From: an uncultured Spirochaetales bacterium
GTDB lineage: Bacteria; Myxococcota_A; UBA9160; SMWR01
Assembly (NCBI GenBank): GCA_964413375.1
Contig: CAYPSI010000075.1
Span: 1 to 54,329, forward strand
DNA: 54,329 bases
Direction: 5' to 3'
Position numbers and translations under genes: made by a program. Position 1 is the stretch's first letter, and each line of letters starts with the position of its first letter. The notes under the pieces were generated by a model. That model was not told the DNA's origin, ran no database searches, and saw only the letters and a program-made list of their open reading frames with translations. Shown one piece after another: positions 45,931 through 54,329 of the stretch.

Positions 45931-46200
45931 CTACTGGCCGCCCCGCTGAACGTAGTTCTTGACGAACTCCTCGGCGTTCTCCTCGAGGACCTCGTCGATC
46001 TCGTCCACCAGGGCGTCCATCTCCTCCTTCAGCTCCTTGCCCTTCTTGGCGAGCTTCTGGGATCCGGAGGCATCCTTGTCCTCGCCTTCTCCGCCGCCCC
46101 GCTTGGGCGTCTTCTTCTGGGTCGACTCGGCCGCGCCGTAGATCGGGAAGGCATCTCCCGCCACCTCGCGCTTCGGGCTCGTCGTCCTGAACATTCTCAT
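45931..46200 (-). CDS. pup: Prokaryotic ubiquitin-like protein Pup (C-terminal GGQ)
   Basis: ...KRGGGEGED...EMDALVDEIDEVLEENAEEFVKNYVQRGGQ-stop; lies between dop and prcB. Start ambiguous (46200, 46194 or GTG at EVAG). Confidence 0.95.
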   Translation of the reverse strand: MRMFRTTSPKREVAGDAFPIYGAAESTQKKTPKRGGGEGEDKDASGSQKLAKKGKELKEEMDALVDEIDEVLEENAEEFVKNYVQRGGQ

Positions 46201-46222
46201 GGCGCCCCCGCGTCGCGCGCCG

Positions 46223-47707
46223 CTAGGCGCGCAGGTTCCTCACCAGATCCGCCGCCGTCGGAGACTGGTTCAAGAGCTCCTCCACGTGCACCCGCGAGCC
46301 CTTGAGAGGCTCGGCCATCAGGATCCGCCTGATGGGCTCCTCATCGACGCTGAAGGAGATCGAATCCCAGTTCACGCCGAACACGGCCGAGCCGTAGCGC
46401 CGCAGACACTCACCCCGGAAATAGGCCCGTGTGTCCTCCGGCGGCTTGCCGATCGCGAGGGCGATCTCCGCATCCGTGACGATCCGCTCGGCCCTGCCCT
46501 GCCGTTCGAGCATGTAGTATAGGCCCTTGTCGGGCCGGAGGTCGTGGTACTGGAGGTCCAGCATCTGGACCTGCGGGGCGTCCCACGAGAGCGACTTCCG
46601 CTGCATGAAGCTCTCGATCATCGCCTTCTTCATCACCCAGTCGACCTGACGCTCGAGCTCCATCGGATCGCGGCGCAGGGACTCGATGGCACTCTGCCAT
46701 TTGACGAGCACGTCCTCCGTCTCCGCCGACAGCTCGCGGCCAGCGCAGTAGGCCAGAGCCATCTCGAGGTACTCCGCCTGGATCTCGACGGCGCTGAGCC
46801 GCTTGCCGTTCTCGAGGTGGAGCGCACGCCGGCAATCCGGGTCGTGGGACACCTCCTTGATGGCGGCCACGGGATCGCGAAGCGCCAGGTTCTTCCGGAT
46901 GGCGCCGTCCTCGATCATCGAGAGGACGAGGGCCGTGACGCCCGTGCGCAGGTAGATCGTGTACTCCGAGAGGTTCGCGTCGCCCACGATCACGTGAAGA
47001 CGCCGGTACTTCTCCCGGTCTGCGTGCGGCTCGTCGCGCGTATTGATGATCGGGCGCTTCACCATCGTGTCGAGCGCCACCTCGGTTTCGAAGAAATCAG
47101 CGCGCTGCGAGATCTGGAAATCACAGGGGTGAGCGCGGTTCTCGCTACCCACCTTGCCCGCGCCGCAGTAGACCTGGCGCGTCACGAAAAAGGGCATCAG
47201 ATGTTCGACGATCTGCTTGAAGGAGGTCCGGCGGTCCATGAGAAAATTCTCGTGGGCGCCGTAGCTATTGCCCTTCCGATCGCTGTTGTTCTTGTAGAGC
47301 AGCATCTCGGCGCCGGCGGGCAGCAGGCTCGAGGCCTCGCGCCGGCTGGCCTCGAGAATTCGCTCGCCCGCCTTTTCATGGATCACGAGTTCACGCGCGT
47401 TCGTGACCTCCGGACAGGAATACTCCGGGTGCGCGTGGTCCACATAGTAGCGCGCGCCGTTGACGAGAGTTTTGTTGCGGGCGATGTTCTCCTGCTGGTT
47501 CGGGGTGTACTTCTCCCCGTCGACCTGGAAGCCCCGCGCGTCGGCCAGCGGATTCTCCTGATCGTAGTCCCACAAGATCTCGCCGTAGTGCTCCTCCCGG
47601 TAACAGTTGACGAGGAGGACGCAGCTCGAGATCGGGTCGAAGTCGGGATCCCCCTTGACGGTGATCCCGTACTCGATCTCCGAGCCCATCACCTTCGGAA
47701 TGGCCAT
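46223..47707 (-). CDS. dop: Pup deamidase/depupylase Dop
   Basis: KVMGSEIEYG, Dop loop WDYDQENPLADARGF, NGARYYVDHAHPEYSCPE, NNSDRKGNSYGAHEN, RPIINTRDEPHAD, PPEDTRAYFRG. Confidence 0.94.
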   Translation of the reverse strand: MAIPKVMGSEIEYGITVKGDPDFDPISSCVLLVNCYREEHYGEILWDYDQENPLADARGFQVDGEKYTPNQQENIARNKTLVNGARYYVDHAHPEYSCPEVTNARELVIHEKAGERILEASRREASSLLPAGAEMLLYKNNSDRKGNSYGAHENFLMDRRTSFKQIVEHLMPFFVTRQVYCGAGKVGSENRAHPCDFQISQRADFFETEVALDTMVKRPIINTRDEPHADREKYRRLHVIVGDANLSEYTIYLRTGVTALVLSMIEDGAIRKNLALRDPVAAIKEVSHDPDCRRALHLENGKRLSAVEIQAEYLEMALAYCAGRELSAETEDVLVKWQSAIESLRRDPMELERQVDWVMKKAMIESFMQRKSLSWDAPQVQMLDLQYHDLRPDKGLYYMLERQGRAERIVTDAEIALAIGKPPEDTRAYFRGECLRRYGSAVFGVNWDSISFSVDEEPIRRILMAEPLKGSRVHVEELLNQSPTAADLVRNLRA

Positions 47708-47734
47708 GCATTCTCCCGCGCCATGCGCGCGCGC

Positions 47735-49576
47735 CTAGAGATACTGGCCCGAGGTGATGTTTTCAATCGATCGCTCCTTGCGGCTGATCCCCGTCATCAG
47801 CGTGCGCACGTTGATGATGCGCTCGCCCTTTCGGCCGGAGATGCGGGCCCAGTCGTCCGGGTTGGTGGTGTTCGGGAGATCCTCGTTCTCCTTGAACTCG
47901 TCGTTCACGGCCTCGAGGAGATCGTCGAACTGGATACCCCGCTCGCCGTGGCTGATCGTCCGCTTCACGGCCTTCTTCTTGGCGCGCGCGACGATGTTCT
48001 GGATCATCGCGCCGCTCGAGAAGTCCTTGAAGTAGAAGATCTCGCGCTCGCCCTTCGCGTAGGTCACCTCGAGGAACTTGTTCTCCTCGCTGGCGGCGTA
48101 CATGCGGGTGATCGTCTCCTCGATCATGCCTGACGCGATCTTCGCCGTGTCTTCCCCGTAGCGCTGAGCCGCCGTGGCGTGGAAGGGCAGATCCGAGGTC
48201 AGGTACTTCGCGAAGATCTCCTTGGCGGCCTTCGCGTCGGGCCGATTCACCTTGATCTTCAGATCCAGGCGCCCGGGCCGCAGCACGGCGGGGTCGATCA
48301 GGTCCTGGCGATTGCTGGCGCCGATCACGATCACGTTCTTGAGCGACTCGACGCCGTCGATCTCGGACAGGAACTGGGCGACGACCGTTGCCTCCATGTC
48401 CGACGAGATCCCCGATCCGCGCATGCGGAAGAGTGAATCCATCTCGTCGAAGAAGATCACGACCGGGACGTCCTCGCTCGCCTTGTCGCGTGCCTTCTTG
48501 AAGACCTCTCGAAGCTTGTGCTCGGTCTCCCCGACGTACTTGTTCAGGAGTTCGGGGCCCTTCACGTTCAGGAAGTAGGGCGTCGTCCTCCGGCCGGTGC
48601 GCTGCTCGATGCTGCGCGCGAGGCTGTTGGCCACCGCCTTGGCGATCAGCGTCTTCCCGCAGCCCGGAGGGCCGTAGAGCAGGATGCCCTTCGGCGGCGA
48701 GAGCTTGTGCTCGGCGAAGACCTCCGGGTACATGTAGGGCAGCTCGACCGAGTCCCGCAGGATCTCGATCTGCTCGCCGAGCCCGCCGATGTTGTCGTAG
48801 GTCGTGTCGGGGATCTCCTCGAGCACCACCTCCTCGACCGCGGACTTCGGCAGCTTCTCGAAGGCGTAGTGCGTGCGCGGATCGTAGAGCACGTTGTCGC
48901 CGACCTTGAGCTTCTCGCGGCGCAGCGGCTCAGCCAGCGTCACGACGCGCTCGTCGTCCGTGTGGCCGAGCACGATGGCCCGATTGTCCGCGAGCAGATC
49001 GACGATCGAGACGACCTCACCGCGTGCGGTGAAGCCGGCCGGCTCCACCACGTTCATCGCCTCGTTGAGCACCACGAGCTGCCCTTCCTCGAGCGTGAAG
49101 GGGTCGAGGTTCGGGTGCACGTTCACGCGCATCGCGCGGCCGTCGACGAGGATCTCCGCGGTGCCGTCCTTGTTGGGCCGGTTGAAGATCCCGTAGGTAT
49201 TGGGAGGCGCGCAGAGCTTGTCGACCTCCTCCTTCAGGACCTCGATCTGCTGCTTCGCTTCCTGGAGGACGGCCACGAGGCGCTCGTTCTGGCGCTCCGA
49301 GTCCGCAGCCTGCTCGCGGGTGCTCTGGTAGCGGCGGCGAAGCGCGTCGAACTCGGCGATCAGCCGATCGAGCCGCCGGCGGAACTCCTCCGAATCGCTG
49401 CCGAAGACGCGGATCGCGTCCTGCAGGTCTTCGACCTCGTCCTGATGCGGCCGAGCCGGGCCGCGATCGCGGCCCGCATCGTTGGGATCTCCCGCGCGCG
49501 GGGCCGCCGCGGAGATCCGACGCATCACGTCGTGTACGAAGCCCTTCTTGGTCGATCCGGAATCCGCTTCGCTCAT
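47735..49576 (-). CDS. arc: Proteasome ATPase ARC/Mpa
   Basis: Coiled coil ...LKEEVDKLCAPPNTYG; OB domains; GPPGCGKT; VKGPELLNKYVGETE; FFDEMDS; SNRQDLIDPAVLRPGRLD; C-terminal GQYL. Confidence 0.96.
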   Translation of the reverse strand: MSEADSGSTKKGFVHDVMRRISAAAPRAGDPNDAGRDRGPARPHQDEVEDLQDAIRVFGSDSEEFRRRLDRLIAEFDALRRRYQSTREQAADSERQNERLVAVLQEAKQQIEVLKEEVDKLCAPPNTYGIFNRPNKDGTAEILVDGRAMRVNVHPNLDPFTLEEGQLVVLNEAMNVVEPAGFTARGEVVSIVDLLADNRAIVLGHTDDERVVTLAEPLRREKLKVGDNVLYDPRTHYAFEKLPKSAVEEVVLEEIPDTTYDNIGGLGEQIEILRDSVELPYMYPEVFAEHKLSPPKGILLYGPPGCGKTLIAKAVANSLARSIEQRTGRRTTPYFLNVKGPELLNKYVGETEHKLREVFKKARDKASEDVPVVIFFDEMDSLFRMRGSGISSDMEATVVAQFLSEIDGVESLKNVIVIGASNRQDLIDPAVLRPGRLDLKIKVNRPDAKAAKEIFAKYLTSDLPFHATAAQRYGEDTAKIASGMIEETITRMYAASEENKFLEVTYAKGEREIFYFKDFSSGAMIQNIVARAKKKAVKRTISHGERGIQFDDLLEAVNDEFKENEDLPNTTNPDDWARISGRKGERIINVRTLMTGISRKERSIENITSGQYL

Positions 49577-49922
49577 TCCGTCGCCTCCTCGTTCACGCGC
49601 ATTCCCATCGCAGGGGCTGCGGTCATGAACGAGTCCTGCAAGGCGCGTGCCGCCCTTCCTCCAATGCCCAGCTCCCCCGGCGTGCCGGCCTCCTGCGCGT
49701 TGCCGAGGGTTTTCGCGCGCTCCCCATCACCGCAGTGTGCAGCCGAAACGGAGCGCGCGCACCCGCGCGCGAACCGGAGGTCCCGGCCCGCGCGTCCGTG
49801 CGCCACGAGATCCATCATCGAAGCTCCCGTGCGCGGTCCGAAAGACAACGCAGACTCGCCATTCGAGCTTCAGAACCGGCGCCGCCGCGCCTTGTCGGGA
49901 GGGTGAAAAAGGCGCCGAACAC

Positions 49923-49946
49923 CGCGAAAAGTTTATTCTTTTCGCG
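49923..49946. promoter_or_regulatory. Perfect 9-bp inverted repeat at the predicted arc transcription start
   Basis: CGCGAAAAG-tttatt-CTTTTCGCG, AT-rich against a GC-rich background. Confidence 0.6.
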
Positions 49947-49953
49947 ATTTTGG

Positions 49954-49981
49954 AAGATATCAGACGACCCCCGACTGTCAA
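49954..49981 (-). promoter_or_regulatory. Strong sigma70-type promoter of the Pup-proteasome operon
   Basis: TTGACA(49981-49976)-N16-TATCTT(49959-49954), with extended -10 TG (TGaTATCTT). Confidence 0.72.
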
Positions 49982-50304
49982 CCAGCCGGACGACACGCCG
50001 CCTCCCCGGGTGAGCGGTGCGCACGCGGCATCGCGTCTCGCCCCGCGAGGCGGCTGTCTCGAGGCCGTCGGACCCGAGGATCTGGGGTTGCGTGCGGGCT
50101 TTGCCCCAGAGCTTCCGGTGGCCTGCCGGCGAGGTGCCGCCGCGTGATGCGATGCTGCATCCCAGTTGCCGCCTTCTTGACGCCAGCGTCGGAGATCCCA
50201 CGGTCTGGCCGCTTCACGCGCGCCCCGCCGAACTTTGCGGCACTCGGGGGGCGCGGCATCAGAGTTCCCCGTTAGAGGAAGTCCGGTCGCCGACCCCACC
50301 CCGC

Positions 50305-51020
50305 TCACCGGGTGCCCGTAGCCGCGTCGAGGTCGAGCACCCGGACGCCCGGCGGGGGCTCGAAGCGGAAGAGCGACGCATCGGGGTCGCGATTCACCCG
50401 CAGGTCGCGCAGCGCGACCGTCGTGGCGTTGCCGAGCAGATCGATCACGGTGGTCTCGAGCAGCTCTCCCGAGCGCGGATCGATGCGGGCCTCGAGCCGC
50501 TCGTAGGTGGCAGCCTGGCGGGGCACGAGGTCGAGCCGTGCCGAGGCCTCTCCGCACTCGAGCGCCTTCACCTCGAAGTCTCGCAGGATCTCGCCTTCTC
50601 CGAGCAGGAAGGAGAGCGCCGCGCCGGAAAGGTAGGCCTCGGTCACGGTCAGACGCTGCGCCTCGCGGTTCGCGGCATCGTAGATCCACAGCTCTTTGCC
50701 GTCGCAGACGACGAGGCTCGGCTCGGGCTCCAGGTAGGTCCAGCGCATCCGGCCGGGCTTCGCGAAGACGACGCTGCCGCGAGACTTCGAGGTCGCACCG
50801 GGCTGCCCGAGCGCCACCGAGCGCGTCGACTGCTCGAAGCTGGCCTCGAGGTCGCGCACGGCCTCGTAGCGGCGCTGGAGGGCCTTTGCAGCGCGATCGG
50901 CGCAGTCGAGCCCCGCCTGTACAGGCGGGGCTGCGGCCGCCAGGGGCGCAACGGCAAGGCTCACGAGTGCGAGGACGCAGGCCCACACGTGGCGTTGGAC
51001 GCGGACCGGGCGCGCGAGCT

Positions 51021-51024
<4 letters not shown>
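50305..51024 (-). CDS. lolA: Outer-membrane lipoprotein carrier LolA
   Basis: Signal peptide; DLEASFEQ, GSVVFAKPGRMRWTY, LVVCDGKELWIYD, FRFEPPPGVRV; GTGA overlap with the ftsK stop. Confidence 0.92.
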
Positions 51025-53441
<2,417 letters not shown>

Positions 53442-53541
53442 GAAGCGCTCGGTTCGAGGCCAAGCCTCCCGCCCCCCTGGGAGGAACCACCGGAGAGTAC
53501 ATTCTTTAGGACGATGCCACGAATTGGTCGATGGCAGCCAT

Positions 53542-53578
53542 CTCCGCTCGCCTGCGGCTCGCTGCGCGCTTCGCTTGC
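53542..53578 (+). repeat. Mini-hairpin repeat core in the ftsK/ssb divergent region
   Basis: CTCCGCTCGCCTGCGGCTCGCTGCGCGCTTCGCTTGC. Confidence 0.88.
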
Positions 53579-53715
53579 TGCGCTACCGAATCCGGTTCGC
53601 GCCGTCGGGCGAACGGTGTTTGATCGGTGGGGCGAGGCCGAGCGTTCACAGTTGACGGCGCCGGTCGGGAACGGGATGCTACGGACATCCCCAGTCCCGA
53701 CGGAGAGCACTCCCC

Positions 53716-54156
53716 ATGGCAAGCGTCAATCGAGTCATCCTGGTCGGCAATCTCGGGCGCGATCCCGAGCTTCGTTACACGGCCGGTGGGCAGCCGGTCG
53801 CATCCTTCAGCGTCGCGACCAACGAGCGCTGGAACGATCGCGAGGGCAAGACCCAGGAGCGGACGGAGTGGCACCGCATCGTCGTCTGGGGAAAGCAGGG
53901 CGAGAACTGCGCCAACTACCTGCAGAAGGGCCGAACGGTCTACATCGAGGGTCGCCTGCAGACGCGCGAGTGGGAGGACAAGGAGGGCCAGAAGCGGCAG
54001 ACCACGGAGGTGGTGGCGCAGACGGTCCAGTTCCTCGATCGGCGCGACGGCGCAGCGCGCGGTGCCGGAGGCGCCGCCGGACCCGTCGGGCCCGCCGGCT
54101 CGTCCGAACCCGACCCCACTCCCGTTCCCACCGGCGGAGACGACATACCGTTCTGA
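53716..54156 (+). CDS. ssb: Single-stranded DNA-binding protein
   Basis: [42 protein letters not shown]; C-terminal GGDDIPF. Confidence 0.98.
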   Translation: MASVNRVILVGNLGRDPELRYTAGGQPVASFSVATNERWNDREGKTQERTEWHRIVVWGKQGENCANYLQKGRTVYIEGRLQTREWEDKEGQKRQTTEVVAQTVQFLDRRDGAARGAGGAAGPVGPAGSSEPDPTPVPTGGDDIPF

Positions 54157-54225
54157 GGACGAGGGCTCGAGTCGGGAGGGGTTGCTCTCTCCGCTCGGCT
54201 TCGCCTCGCTGCGCGCTTCGCTTGC
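54154..54225 (+). repeat. Mini-hairpin repeat, full copy
   Basis: TGAGGACGAGGGCTCGAGTCGGGAGGGGTTGCTCTCTCCGCTCGGCTTCGCCTCGCTGCGCGCTTCGCTTGC; it begins on the ssb TGA. Confidence 0.9.
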
Positions 54226-54271
54226 TCGTCCCTCTCTGCCGTGATCGGGCGTCGCGAGCGCCCAGCACCCC

Positions 54272-54327
54272 AGCAAGGCGGCGAAGCCGTCGCGCAGCGA
54301 GCCGCAGGCGAGCGGAGAGGGCACGGT
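54272..54327 (-). repeat. Mini-hairpin repeat core, inverted partner of 54154-54225
   Basis: GCAAGGCGGCGAAGCCGTCGCGCAGCGAGCCGCAGGCGAGCGGAGAGGGCACGG. Confidence 0.88.
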
Positions 54328-54329
54328 TT

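Noticed and set aside
45931-46200. Assignment of the modifier as UBact
   Set aside because: The C-terminal sequence follows the Pup pattern (EIDEVLEENAEEFVxxYVQxGGQ), and the locus has distinct Dop and PafA in actinobacterial order.
50081-50110. GGGGCAAAGCC (minus strand) resembling a c-di-GMP-I riboswitch
   Set aside because: The GNRA/receptor arrangement and second conserved stem could not be built.
50275-50286. GAGGAAGTCCGG resembling the RNase P RNA 5' motif
   Set aside because: The downstream conserved elements and the 3' P4 strand are missing, and the lolA stop region follows within 20 nt.

Overview
A high-GC (visually about 70%) chromosomal segment from a diderm bacterium. BamD, LolA, TonB, a PilT-family ATPase, a DUF1844-like gene, the MreB type and the pgpA-cinA-thpR-recA order point to a Myxococcota/deltaproteobacteria-like lineage (inference). 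From left to right it holds: an LLM-oxidoreductase remnant; an acyltransferase-cNMP fusion; an acetyl-CoA hydrolase/transferase; a six-gene phosphorelay (REC-PP2C-STAS, orphan sensor, PAS-HK, RR, Hpt, MBL-REC); a methyltransferase; tonB-TPR; an SDR; MocR-pdxS-pdxT; the ispE-tRNA-Gln-prs-rplY-pth operon; bamD, TPR, CBS and cvpA genes; ispG, alaS and pilT; a lipoprotein; pgpA-cinA-thpR-recA; ruvX-mltG; an amidohydrolase; recQ; a DUF429-like gene; mreB; a complete Pup-proteasome cassette (arc-dop-pup-prcB-prcA-pafA); ftsK-lolA; and ssb. Highlights: (1) a complete actinobacterial-type Pup-proteasome system in an outer-membrane-bearing host, with its own strong promoter and long leader; (2) at least 8 copies of an interspersed repeat made of covarying GNA-triloop mini-hairpins, which sits at stop codons, flanks cvpA as an inverted pair and is apparently translated in frame in thpR; (3) unusual signalling architectures. 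No transposase, integrase, phage gene, rRNA or CRISPR array was seen. All assignments come from reading motifs by eye; no database searches were run.
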